DNA of 56,804 bases, from NCBI GenBank assembly GCA_049999805.1, contig JBNGIO010006230.1:129494-186297 (forward strand). The letters run 5' to 3'. A model generated the notes under the pieces. That model worked only from the letters and a program-made list of their open reading frames with translations. It was not told where the DNA came from and ran no database searches. Numbering within the stretch: position 1 is the first letter of the stretch; each line of letters starts with the position of its first letter. The DNA comes from Folioceros fuciformis (Eukaryota). Below, one piece after another: positions 1 to 12,000 of the stretch. Position numbers and translations under genes: made by a program.

Positions 1-274
1 TCCCACAAGCACAGAATCATGGATACAAAAAAAGGAAGCGGTCGGCTGCATATCAAGTAGGGTATGTGGGGGATTCCGACACGGGCAACCATGGAGGAAC
101 AGAGCAGGAAATAACCTTTGCCGGTGACAAAAACCCATGGCCGGTGGGTCAACAAAACCTTGGTTGTCATCACCCCCAACATCACCGAAACATAACCATT
201 GCGTCGCAATAGAATCAATTACCCAAAAGCAAAGGATGGACCCCAGCCAGTCCCTCCACTAGAAAAACGCCCCT

Positions 275-1927
275 TCATTCAGGCCACTCATGGGATGCAC
301 CATTCTCATCGTGGACTGCACCATTCTCGTTCTGCAAGGCAGAATCACTGTCCCCTGCGCCATCTGAAGCAGAGGCTGCGGCAGGGAAGAAGTCCGCAGC
401 TGGAAAGAGCTGGTGAAAGATACTCTCCGTAGCAATCACAACGTCGCCGTAGTGGACACTCTGGTCCGGCATGGGGCAGACAGCGACCTGACCATTTAGC
501 AATGCCTCGCACCCTCTCCCACCCCCAACTGCACCGAAGAAGAAAGCGGACCACAGCACTTTGGGCCTGTCACTGCCACCCTCACCAGACAGCAAAGCCC
601 GGGCAGCTGCGACCAGAACATCCTCAGCATCATCCCCTTCCCACGCAGTCGACAAATACACCGCAAACCGGTCCTGCGGACAAATAGACACCCCGCCTCC
701 CAACTGCAAAGCGTACACAGGACGGGAGAACCCACTCCGCACAGAACCAGGAGGAAAAACCACCAACACATTGGTCTGGCCGTCCTTCAAAGTCGCATCC
801 GTCACAAAAACCAGCCTAGCCACCTTCCCCGCCCTGACGCCTGCCCCGACAGCCCTTCCTTCATCCGAAAGAGCCTCAGCAAGCTCGCCCTCCACCTCCA
901 CAGGCAGGTGCGGCCGCCCCGCTACCAGCGTCCGGCTGAAGAGCAGTTGCCCGGCCCGGGTGCGGACTCCCTTGTAAACCTCAGTCTGCCTGTCCACCAG
1001 CAACGCATCAACAGGCCGCCGGAGCACGTATAACGCGCCCTTCACAGCCGCGCATCTGCAGAACGCCTGCGGTAGCTCCCCCTGCCCGTAGAGCGGGTAG
1101 ATGAATGCGCCGGGCGCGTTGGTAAACCTTCCTACGGACGCACGATACACCGCCAGACGCTGCAGCCCGTCGCGCGACGAGAGCTTCTCCCCGCCTGCCT
1201 CCTCCTGGTCGCTCTCCGCGAACGCAAACGCATACAGCACCATGGCCTGGAGCGAGGCCGGAAGCCGCTGCTTCCGCAGCAATTCCACGAATGGGCCATC
1301 CAGATCCTCCTCTGCAAACCCAGCTCCCCCCTGGCCCGTCACCAGCTTCAAAAACCGCATGAGCAGACGCTTCTCAACCAGGCTCAGCGACTGATCCTGG
1401 AAAACCTCAGCCTGCGAGGCCGGTACCGTGACCAGGCCCCCCGGTGTCCAGAGGTAAGACCTCTCCACCGCCTTGAACTCTAGGTAACTGGTCGCGCCTG
1501 CTCGCAGCATCAGGTCCACCAACGGCCCTGCGGAGAAGGCCAGCTTCGGCCCTGCCAGATCCAGGTTGTACGCACTCAGCCTTCCCAGCTCCGGGGCCCC
1601 TGCCCCGGCCTCTCCTCCATCGTCCAACAATCCAGCCTTGAATCCTGAGAAGGCGCCGGATCCGGCCGTGCTGATCAGCTTCCAGTCTGCCGCCCCTGCG
1701 CCAGCCGTCACGCCGTCCTCTTCTCCGGACACAGCTCCCCCGACGTGCGCCGCCACGGCCTCCGGGGACAGCGAGGCCCAGGCGGAGCCGTACACATCCC
1801 CTCCATCCAGATGCAACACCGAGAGGCCGGCCGCAGCGGCGGCGGCCGCCAAAATGGATTCCGGCAGCCCCGTGCCGAGCACGATCACGTCAAAGGAGTC
1901 GGGGTGGATCTCCAAGTCGCGCTCCAT
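275..1927 (-). CDS. REP: Rab escort protein (REP; GDI/CHM family), single exon
   Basis: 550-aa ORF with FDVIVLGTGLPESILAAA, YLEFK, LVEKRLLMRFL and YPLYGQGELPQAFCRCAAVKGALYVL, all typical of REP/GDI proteins. Confidence 0.92.
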   Translation of the reverse strand: MERDLEIHPDSFDVIVLGTGLPESILAAAAAAAGLSVLHLDGGDVYGSAWASLSPEAVAAHVGGAVSGEEDGVTAGAGAADWKLISTAGSGAFSGFKAGLLDDGGEAGAGAPELGRLSAYNLDLAGPKLAFSAGPLVDLMLRAGATSYLEFKAVERSYLWTPGGLVTVPASQAEVFQDQSLSLVEKRLLMRFLKLVTGQGGAGFAEEDLDGPFVELLRKQRLPASLQAMVLYAFAFAESDQEEAGGEKLSSRDGLQRLAVYRASVGRFTNAPGAFIYPLYGQGELPQAFCRCAAVKGALYVLRRPVDALLVDRQTEVYKGVRTRAGQLLFSRTLVAGRPHLPVEVEGELAEALSDEGRAVGAGVRAGKVARLVFVTDATLKDGQTNVLVVFPPGSVRSGFSRPVYALQLGGGVSICPQDRFAVYLSTAWEGDDAEDVLVAAARALLSGEGGSDRPKVLWSAFFFGAVGGGRGCEALLNGQVAVCPMPDQSVHYGDVVIATESIFHQLFPAADFFPAAASASDGAGDSDSALQNENGAVHDENGASHEWPE

Positions 1928-2106
1928 GGCAGTGAAGCTGCGAACGCGAGCGCCTGCCCTTCTACCTGGGCTGGGGCCTTAGAGATTGTCCCATGGAGAA
2001 CGAAAACGCTTCAAGCTGTTGAAAGAACCGTTTCTTTCCTTCACCTTTCGGCCCTGGAGGTGGAGGAGGAGCCGGAGAAATCGCAGGCAGCAGCAGGGCA
2101 GGGAAG
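1928..2106. promoter_or_regulatory. Putative compact bidirectional promoter between REP and RPH1
   Basis: Divergent start codons at 1927 (-) and 2107 (+) leave only 179 nt between them. Confidence 0.55.
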
Positions 2107-3243
2107 ATGGAGACGGCAAGCGTGACCTTCCAGGGCTTTCGGGGTGGATTGCCTGGGAGCGTGAGGTCGGGCTCCTTCTGCTTTGCAGCCATTCCAGGTC
2201 GTTGCTCCCCCAGGTATGTGCTTGGAGATGAGGTCGGGTCGGGAGGGAATGGGATCCTGCATTCAGCTTTTTGAATGCAGTTGCTCTTTCTTGCAGCTCC
2301 TCCTCACGGGAGATCCAGAAGCTGGAACTATGCTCCCGGATACGATTTAGACGGTCAAGAGAAAGCACGGTGGCGAGGGCCAGCTTGAAGCGAGAGACCG
2401 AGCAGCGTCGAGAAGATGAAGCTGTTTCGGAAAGGGCTACTGGCACGCAACAACCTTCACCTTCGTCATCCTCCGCTCCATCTCTGGACAAAGAACTGGA
2501 AAAGGTTTGGTTCTGGACACTCACCTCCTTGGTTTTGGAGAGAGCGGAACATTGTCTCACCGCTATGCCAATTCCTCGCTCTCCAGGCGGTGCGGAAAAC
2601 AGCTGCGACCTTTGCTCCCAGGTCTTCAACAGCTAAGAAGAATCCTGCTACCCCTGGATCCACTCTGTACACTGTGTTCGAGGTCCAGGCCTATGCCTCG
2701 ATGCTTGTCGGAGGAGTGCTTTCGTTCAACCTGCTGTTTCCTTCTGATCAACCGGACTTATGGAGGCTAATGGGCATGTGGTCCGTATGGATGTTCAGTG
2801 AGTGGTGCTGCCCTTTTCTGGTTTGACAACCTTCTGTTTGATTTGTTCCTTCCTTCAACGTGTGAGCCCTGAAGATGACAGATGTGAGTCCTCTTCGTCC
2901 AAATGATGCAGCCATTCCCTCTCTCAGAGCACGAGACTGTTCCAAGAATGAGAAGGAAGCCCTGAATTACTTGTTTCTGGTTGTCCCGGTCATCAACGTG
3001 ACACTCCCAATACTCTGGAAGTCCTTCGCAGCTGTATGGACTGCAGACGTTATCGCCTTTTTCGCCATGTATGCCTGGAAGGTGAGTGGCACTGGAACCT
3101 GTAGCGTTTCATCCTTTTATGTGACACTATTCTTAACAAGACCTGATTGATCCCATCTCGGGCTGTTTGTGTCGGGGATCCAACAGATGCAATGGATAGC
3201 GGGCACAAGCAGTGCAGACGACTCCTCCTCTGGTCTAGACTAA
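2107..3243 (+). CDS. RPH1: RESISTANCE TO PHYTOPHTHORA 1-like chloroplast membrane protein (5 exons)
   Basis: Spliced product METASV...SLDKELEK|AVRKTAATFAPRSSTAKKNPATPGSTLYTVFEVQAYASMLVGGVLSFNLLFPSDQPDLWRLMGMWSVWMF|IPSLRARDCSKNEKEALNYLFL...AFFAMYAWK|MQWIAG...*; GT-AG introns keep frame (e.g. 2214-2266, 2505-2586). Confidence 0.88.
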
Positions 3244-3650
3244 AGATGGTGTATACCAGGGAAAAAAAAAACAGAATTTATGCGCCCAAAATACTGGACA
3301 GTGTTCAATTCCGGACATATCAAGAACATCGTTTGTGGTACAACTTCTAAAATTCTTTCAGTATTACAATGGTCTTATTGCATCGCATGCAAACGACCTT
3401 CCCTGCCAGATAGCAGAAAATCAAAGCGCACACCAAACTCGAACGACAGAGGCGGGATAAGGTGCCGAGCACAAGTCGCAAAAATTGTCGAGTTTGCACT
3501 CTAAACAGCGGAATAACATACAGGTGACCTTGGAACTACAGCTAGCTAGAAGACCCTGGCTGGTGTTGGAACTCTGGTGTTGGGCACACTTCACTGCCTA
3601 GCCGTTTCCTATACTACTGACAGCCACACTGGCAGGAATAATATCACATA

Positions 3651-6137
3651 TTACGCCACCAGATTGAACCCAGGGGTCAGCATGTGATTTGGAGAAGAAA
3701 CCCCAAGGTGAGCAAAATGTCTAGATTGTAGATCCATAAAGGCAAGTTCTTGTTGAGTCAGCTCCACAGACAGCCTTGCAACACTCTCTTCCAGCGAGTT
3801 CGCCTGCACGAAGTTATTATCAGGAGATCAACGAACATGAGGTCTCTTGCATTCCCGACCACAGCTGAAAAGAAGCACACTCTTGGACTGCACGAGACGT
3901 TAAGGATGGCTTGAGACTGACCTTTTTCTGTGTCATGTCTAGAAGCTGCAAAGCCTCCCTCTCTCTTGCTTCGGCCATCTGCAAAGCCAAAGCAAGCTCT
4001 TCACATTTCGACACAAGCCTCCCATACCTGGGGCTCACTGCCTCAGCTTTTGAGGTCTTTGTCTTATTGGAGGGTGGAGGGTGGTGGGCAGTATCCTGTT
4101 GCGGAGGTGGTGAGTGCTCTGTCGCATGAATGCTCGGTGAAAGAGGAAGAGATCCCACCAGCACATCTCCATCCATAGCTCCATCAACAGCTCCCACCAT
4201 GGCTCCATCAACAGCTCCCTCCATGGCTCCATCAACAGCTCCCTCCATGGCTCCATCAACAGCTCCATCCATGGCTAAATCTCTTCGAAACGAAGTATAT
4301 GCACCGGTGGACTGGCATTCCTGAGGCTTAGGCAACCTTTGCTTCACCTTGGGAGTATCATCCCTAGCCTCCAACACAATATCTCGAGGTGATAAGCATG
4401 AATCTTCATGAGGGCTCCCATTGCTGCCGACTAATTGGGGAGACTTGGGATGCAGAGGTGGTGACAATGGATATTCTGGCGTGGTGGCATTTCCAGAGTT
4501 TTGTCTTTGATCTTCAGACTTCTCCCTGGAGAGAGCATCATGAAAGCCGCCATGATAATTGCTGTCCAGATGAAACCCTTCCAGCACCAAATAATCCTCC
4601 TCCGCCCTTTCGTCGTCGTCGTCGTCCTCGTCATCATGGTCCTCATCAACCCTAGGCAAGTGATCTCCCGCTCCTCCTGAGGAGGCAAGATCCAACTGGC
4701 CAGAATGGCTTCTAACCAACGTTTCAGCCGTGGCCAATCCCTCTCCTTCTTCAAAGAGCTGAGGAACATAGTCAGGTCTCAAAAGATCGTTAGCGTGACA
4801 GATGGTGAAAAGGCTAGTTTCTGGCTCCGATGGCGTAAGACGAACAAGCTCCTGAGAGGACCTGTTAGAGGATTTGACCTCAAGTTCTACCCACGTTTCA
4901 GGCTCAAGAATGGGGAAGGATGCCACAGGCAGAGGGGAGCCTGAGATTCGCTGAAGCGTAAGCTCCACTAGCCCTACGGAGCCAGACGGTGAAGTGAGAG
5001 GAGGCAACGCATGACCATTGGAGTGGAGCTCAAATACTGCCTGCATATCGCCTGACACGCAGTAGTCTGGAGAAGCAAACGGGGAGGCAGAGTAAATTAC
5101 ATCAGCCTCCCTAGCTGCACCTTTCACAGAAAAGGTGGATGTCAAGAGCTGAGCAAAAGGCACCTCGGGCGAGAAGGAGGCCGTGGTAGCCTGTCCAGGC
5201 TCAGGGGGTGGTGTGACAGGAGCAGTGGAAGACGCCGTGGTGCCGTCAGACTGCGGCAAGACTGTGGCGTTGACAGCAAAGGAAGATGTCAAGAGCTGGG
5301 CAAACGGCACCTCCGGTGAGGAGGGGGTGGTAGCCTGCGCAAGCTCAGGAGGAGGTGTGAAAGGGGCAGTGGAGGAAGCTGTGGTAGTATCAGACTGCTG
5401 CCGGACTGGACCCTTGACATTCAGCGAGGACGTCAAGAGCTGAGCAAAGGGCACTTCGGGGGAGGAAGGTGTAGTGATGTGGTGGGCAAGCTCAGGAGGA
5501 GGCGTGAAGGGTGCTGTAGAGGGAGCAGTGGTGAAGGTAGAGAAGACAGGCGGGGTGACAAGGGCAGTCTCGTGGGCGTACGGGCCAGTCTGAAACATCA
5601 TGGCCGTGGTTTCCACCTGCCGGGTTACATGCAGGGAGGGTGACTGAGCAGAGGAATGTACAGCCGAATTCTGAAAGGAAGCAGGAGAAGAGGGAGGAGC
5701 CAGCAAGGAAGGGGAGAGAGTGGGAGCAGCACCCGGCGCCGGCTGGCGCGCCCCAACCCAGGCCTGCGAGGAAGACGCGGCACCATCAGCCATCCGCGCT
5801 GCCGGCACGATCCTCCTTCCCCCCTTCCTGGGTTTCAGGCAAGCGAAACCACTCCAGCACCCCATCTGGCGCCTCTGCAATACAGCCACCAGGCCAACAC
5901 ATCACAGACGTGCCTCAACTCAACCCCAGTGCCCCGTCCCCAGGCNNNNNNNNNNNNNNNNNNNNNNNNNNNNNNNNNNNNNNNNNNNNNNNNNNNNNNN
6001 NNNNNNNNNNNNNNNNNNNNNNNNNNNNNNNNNNNNNNNNNNNNNCGCATACTAAAAAGCCACACCCCTGCAGCACCAGCCCCGCCTACCGCAGATTCAG
6101 CTTCGCGAGATGAGAGACCGGCCGCGCCGACATGCAT
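3651..6137 (-). CDS. At1g76660-like Pro/Ser-rich protein with internal repeats and a C-terminal coiled-coil-like segment
   Basis: KGGRRIVPA, SLLAPPSSPASF and GPYAHETALVTPPVFSTFTTAPSTAPFTPPPELAH match this family. The large exon spans about 3921-5875. A short first exon (~6137-6066) and last exon (~3803-3651) are inferred from splice signals. Confidence 0.75.
4169..4276. repeat. 24-bp coding tandem repeat (~4.5 copies; MEGAVDGA)
   Basis: ccatggctccatcaacagctccct is repeated in frame. Confidence 0.9.
5141..5520. repeat. Coding triplication of a ~48-aa module (STAPFTPPPE...PSSPEVPFAQLLTS)
   Basis: gtcaagagctg(a/g)gcaaa..gcac anchors at 5141, 5288 and 5432 (periods 147 and 144 nt). Confidence 0.85.
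5946..6045. other. Assembly gap (100 N)
   Basis: Run of N. Confidence 1.
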
Positions 6138-8106
6138 GCAACTCCCTACTCCTGCTCCTGCTCCTGCGCCTGCTCCGACATGGCAGCCAGCAAGCCTTAA
6201 CCAGCAACAACGTTTAGTATCATCCCGCCATACCCTGGCCCGTACCCTGCGTGCCTCGATCCGCCGCCGCGGCCTTAGCTCGGCGACAGGAAGTAACTCA
6301 CCACACTCCAGCTCCCCGCCATCCCGGCTCCCGTGCCCTTAGGTCTCCCGGGGGAGAGCAACCCCCCGCTCTGACGCCACATTCCCTCGTCCTCTCCTGC
6401 CCCACAGGATTCCACCTCTCCGTACCTCCCCTCCCCTTCGCTTCCCTCACCGGATCGGGCCCCCGGGGGCTCACTCCCCCATCCCTACCCCTCCGCAAAT
6501 CCTCCCCGCAGCAGGCCCGCCATCTCAGGCCGGCGCACAATTCCTCCGCCCCTCCACCATGCCCCGGCCAAGCGGCGCTACAGCTCCCGCCTCCAGTCAG
6601 TCCCGAACCGCCGGAGCGCCGCTCCCGCAAGCAAGAACGGGCACGGCAGCCCCCGCATCCGGGCCCCTACAATCCGAGCACGCCTTCCCCTTCCTGCACC
6701 CCGTGCTGCGGAAAGAAAAATCTGCAATGCGTGCGAGTCAGCGAAGCCCGGGCCCGACGCCGGACTCCGGGCGCGGGAGCGAGACCGGACTAAAGGCGAT
6801 GGCAGGCAGTCCGAATGCCGGCTGGCAAACCAGGATCCCCGTTCCCTGCCTCACTCTGTTCACCTCTGCTGTGCCCTGCTCTACTCTACTCTTCTCTTCT
6901 CACACTGCCCCAGCCCCGGCTCCCGAGTCCTCGCCCCTGCTGCAGCTCCGCCCCAGTCCTCCTCCTGCTGCTCCCCAGCTGCCGCTGTGTAACAACAAGG
7001 CGCAAGGCTGCAAGTGTTGCTTTTGTCTGTCTGTCTGTCTGTCTGTCACGCTCCTGCCGCCGCTGGCCGCTTGTACACATTACGGGCGGCGCAACTGGCG
7101 ATTTCCGTTTACACCGTTTCGCCGCGCTGCCGCCGCCCGCGCCCACGGGTGGATTGCGATCTCTGCTACATTGTAAGTATGTATTTCTCTCTTCGCACGC
7201 CCGGGCAGCGCAGAGAGCAGAGAGCAGAGAGCAGAGCACGCCGGCTTCACCACTGCGTGCCTCCCGCACCGCATTCATTGAACTTTCCTCCGCTCTTCAA
7301 TGTTTCTCTCTTCCGCAAAAACCCTTTCCTTGCCTTCCTATCGCCTCGGAAAAAGTGCCTCCACTCCACTTCCCAGGGCCTCGCTCCCAGCCTCTCCTAT
7401 TTTCTTATTTATTTATTTATTCATTTAGCTTGCTTCCCCCCTGTACCCCCTTTCCAGCATATCACACATATTCTTAAATTAAAAATTTCATGAATTTAAT
7501 AAGAGGACTTGGATTCAAACACCCGATTCCCATGTGGATATTCTCCTAGGACTTGAGACAAACACATAACACAAGACCTACCTAACCTTTCATTCAAACC
7601 TTTCTCAAAAATATTATTATTATTATACATAAATTAAACTCAAAGTCAATATTCCTTGCTCTTCAGCAACTTTGGAGTCCGGACAAACCATAAGGCCCAC
7701 AAGCCATAAAATAATTTCTAAATATCATGCAAATTGATGGAAATATCTTGCATGAAAAAACATAATGACAAGCCTTGGTTCAAGTCTGCAAAATTGGAGT
7801 ATAGTATTGAAGTAATGCACAATTTGTGAATTTAGACTCTCTCCAGTGCTTGAGTCTTGTGAAGAATGTCTTGCTTTACAAATCACTATGTTATTTTTTC
7901 AAATTTGATATCTGGTTGCTGCATTTGGCTTACCATAGCTTCTCTATTCAAGAAAAGAAACACTCACTAGATTGAAAAGGTAGCTTTCAAGTAGGAAAGA
8001 AACAAAGATAAGAAGGATCAAGTCACATAAGTAACATAGTTTGTGGAGTTTTCTTGATTATACATTCTTGTATTGTGATTTGATGTTTTGATGAGGGAGG
8101 TACTTT

Positions 8107-8475
8107 TTATGCTTCTCTAGACCTTGGGATGTTTGGAATCTTATTCTTTCGAAGCTCATTGACATCTTGCACTTCAAATGCAGTACGAGTTTGCACAACA
8201 ATATGATACAAGTTAATTATGCTGAATTTTTCAAATTCTGTTGGTAGTTTTATGATGTACTCTGACACTCCACCAGCACCCAGGTGGTAGTAGATTCTGA
8301 CACCGGGTTTCCTATCAGCCTTCTTCTCCCATCCCAAGACGAAAAGCTTACTTTCTAAGGCATCGTAGTTGGTGATAACCTCCTTTGTGGCTCGGAACAA
8401 GAGGCATGGCGGTAGCGGTTTCCAAGCAGTTGGTTTTCTATGTTTTTTTACTCTTCTTAATCTTACCTTTTGCAT
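8107..8475 (-). CDS. Divergent FLOWERING PROMOTING FACTOR 1-like small protein, intronless
   Basis: LLFRATKEVITNYDALESKLFVLGWEK...IIKLPTEFEKFSIINLYHIVVQTRTAFEVQD parallels the FPF1 core [27 protein letters not shown]...[31 protein letters not shown]; the N-terminus is divergent. Confidence 0.72.
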   Translation of the reverse strand: MQKVRLRRVKKHRKPTAWKPLPPCLLFRATKEVITNYDALESKLFVLGWEKKADRKPGVRIYYHLGAGGVSEYIIKLPTEFEKFSIINLYHIVVQTRTAFEVQDVNELRKNKIPNIPRSREA

Positions 8476-9030
8476 TGTTGTGGTGGAATTGCTGCATGAG
8501 TTTTGTGTAGAGGTTGGAATCTTGTATTACTACAGCCTTCTGGTTGGTGCTTCACGTTTGTGAGATGTACAGATCTTGATTAAGGTTTAGGTTATAGCTT
8601 TGAAAACGCTCGTGTCAGGTAGCACCAATAACCAGACACCTGCCAACGGTACCGGCCTGACCTAATAGGGATGGATGGGTGTGTGTACTGTATGTATGTA
8701 CCGGTCTGCCTACCTGTGCAAGCATGTGGCTGTTTGGAAGCGAAACGATTCGGGAAATAAGGTGGTCTGATATCTTGCTGGAAAATTCATGAGTTGGCTA
8801 AATATGGAAACTGCTGGTGTGGCAACTCCATGTCATGCCTGTGCAGATGTGGCCACAAGGAGTTGCGTTGAGAAGAGTGCTGCAAACGTGCTCGTGCACA
8901 TGACCGGGATCTGGGAAAAAATCAAGGCCTGACAAGGCCTTGTTTCTGCATCGGTTGTTGGTTTCCACGGGCTTGCCCACCTGGGTCCTGCTCCGGCTCC
9001 TGGGCCACTGGTCTTTCGCACGAGGCCACC

Positions 9031-12000
9031 ATGTTTTTGTATCTCAGCAAGAAGATTAGCATGCCCGATGGGCTGAAGGTGAAATGTGTCGCGTGGAACT
9101 TGGAGCAGGGCTGGCTGGCGTGTGGTGGAGAACTGGGCCTCCTCAAGGCAATTGCCTTCACTGGATTGCACATGTTGTTTTGGAAGCTCGCTCTGGTCTT
9201 GGATGTGAGGTGATGTGATGTGATGTGATGTGATGTGATGTGATGTGATGTGATGTGATGTGATGTAATGTGATGTGATGTGAGGTGATGTAATGTGATG
9301 TGATGTGAGGTGATGTAATGTGATGTGATGTGATGTGATGTGATGCGATGTGATGTGCTGTGAGGTGGGGACTTGCACCGGTGAGGCCATTGAGGTTTGG
9401 TGTATGGTTGGCAGGTTTTGAAGCTCGACTCTGGGCAAGGAGGAGGGGGAGGGGTGGCTGCGAAGGGGGGAGTTATTGTTCCCTTTGTGGCAGCTGCTTC
9501 CAACCTCTCCATGAACCAGACTTTGGAAGGGCATCACGGGACCGTTCTTGCTGTGAATTGGAATCCTAATTACCGGAAGTTGACGTCTAGTGATGAGAAA
9601 GGGCTCGTCATCGTGTGGGTTCTGCACAAGGTTGGTTGTGAATGTGGTGGATGGGGCTACTGTGGAGGGGTTGTCGAGTGGAGTTCTCATGTTTCGCTGT
9701 TTGTAGGGACTGTGGTTCGAGGAGATGATAAACCATCGGAACAAGAGCGTGGTTCGGGACCTGAGGTGGTCGGGAGATGGACTCAACATCTGCATTGTGT
9801 ACGAAGATGGGCAAGTTGTGATTGGGGACGTGGATGGGAACAGAATATGGGGCAAGGAACTGGGTCTTCAATTGTGTTTGGCGGCGTGGTCGCCAGATTC
9901 CAGGATGCTTCTGTTCTGCTCGCCACAGGTTCTAGTTCTGAACCTTCCGTTGGACAAGATTGGGAGGGAAGCAAGAGTGGGGAGTGGCTCAGTTCCGTTG
10001 TGCTTTTCAGAGAGCTAATGCTGCAGACTTGGATGGAGTGGTGACTCTTGCTTGTGGAAAGGAGCACTCTGCAGATGCGGATACCATGATCTAGTTGCTG
10101 GTCGTGCAGGGAGAATGCCACGTTTATGACAGCAACGGGACTTTTGTTTCACAACTTGCTCTTAGCTTCCCGCCTGAAGAGGAAGCCTGCCCCATCGCTG
10201 GCCTAGACTGGTACTATGGCTCGGACGGTCAAAATATTGATGTGCCAACACTAGCAATCGCTTTGCTTACGGGAAACATTCAGGTGGGTTGCCTGCTCCG
10301 TGCGTAGATGAGTTATTCCAAGCCACCTCTTGATTTCGCAGTGTGAGTAGGGTTCAAAGGAGCCACAGGCTTCTCTTGATGGTCCACAAGAACTTTGGAG
10401 TGGTTGTTGCTGACTTGGATGATGTATTAGCTGATGCGACACGAGCTGGATGAGGAGCCTATCTTGGTAGGTACCAGGATGACTGTATCATCCATCAAAT
10501 GGAATGCAGATGGTGAGGTTCTTGCTGTTCTTGGACTTGAGACAGGCAAAACTGGGGCTGCATCTTGCACAGTGCAGCTTTATTCAAACTTTGGTATCCA
10601 CATAAGGACACTTCATGTACCTGGGACTAGAGCAAGGTAGCCGTAGGGACATACTTAAACACTAGATTCATTGTCCAGGTAGCCCCGGCAGTCAACCATT
10701 TAAGGTCTGTCATTTATTGTTCCACATTTCCTAGAGTGGAAAGGAATGAACAGAATGTTCTTGAGACTCTCTATCGCCTTTGCTTCTTGACACTGCGGTT
10801 GTGCATTCTGCAGTGCTCTGGCGTGGGAGGGTAGCGGGCTGAGGCTGGCTCTTGCAGTTGATGAATTTGTATACCTCGCAAGCATACGGCCAGACTACAA
10901 GTGGGCTTTTTTCGGAGGAAGCACCTGTGTGTACTCCTTCAAGAGAAAGGACCTTGAGGAACACTCTGTCATGTTTTGGGATATTATGACGGGCGAGAGG
11001 TAAGCGTGCTGGGCTGAGAGCATACCCTAGGCACAGTGACATCAAGCTCTCCACGTGCAAGCTGACCTTCAACGGGAAATCCTTCTGGAATAGGTATCTC
11101 AAATACGTGAAGCGACTTGTCACAGTCTGTGGTTCAGGAGAATACTGTGCTCTTGCCACAAAGGTAGGCAGGCCTTCCCGATGCTGCTCCTGCGAACTGT
11201 GTTGCCAACGATTGGAGTTGTTGGTGGATGTTGATGTCTTCCTGCTGTTATGGTTGGTGCCAGAGTGGAGAGCCGGAGTCTTATATCTTGATTCTATGCA
11301 ATGCTATTGGCAATCCTATTGATTCAAAATACATGCATGTGGAGCCCCTCTTTCTGTGCATGAACTCGGTTAGTACGAGCGTTCTCTTCCAATTGACAAC
11401 GGTAGTATCGTAGTCGTTGGCTAACTGGTGCCTTTTTCTCAGACCACTATCTTCGTGTCATCAGAGCATACTGTATTCTGGTGGAAATATGGCAAAGGTC
11501 TACAACGACTAGCATCAGGCACTCAAGGATTCGGGGCAGAAGCAGACAACGGCTCCTTAGGCAGCTTCCATATCGATGACGAAATGTCCTCCTCGGGCCA
11601 GGTAAAATGTTCACGCTGCATCCTTCGCACAATGCCCGGCTTTCTGTTTCTGGCATATAGTTGAGATTCATCGAGCTGATTTCCTGTTGGCATATCAGAG
11701 GGCTGCAGGCTTTTACGGCGAGGACCAGATTTGTTGTGTGTGTGCAAACGAGAAATATTTGATGGTGGGTCGGGAATCTGGGATTGTTCATCGCTACAGT
11801 CTGCCTGCTCTTGCACTTGAGGCCCAGGATGTTCTGAAATGCAGACCTCAGGGTAATGTTCTCTCTTGCAAACGTGGCGAGTAGTTCCTGGGTGCTGCAC
11901 GCGCTCTCAAACATCTTGGTGTGCATTAGTGCAGTTATTCAGCTGAACTGCAATAGTACACGCCTGGCAGTCATCGACATGGATGGTCTTTTGACATTCT

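Noticed and set aside
6251-7493. Several 110-220-aa Pro/Arg-rich ORFs
   Set aside because: GC-rich, low-complexity upstream region with CT/GA microsatellites; overlapping ORFs in all frames and no recognisable motif
8833-9855. Minus-strand ORFs with (ITSHH)n His-rich repeats
   Set aside because: They are translations of the intronic (GTGAT)n microsatellite, antisense to WDR35
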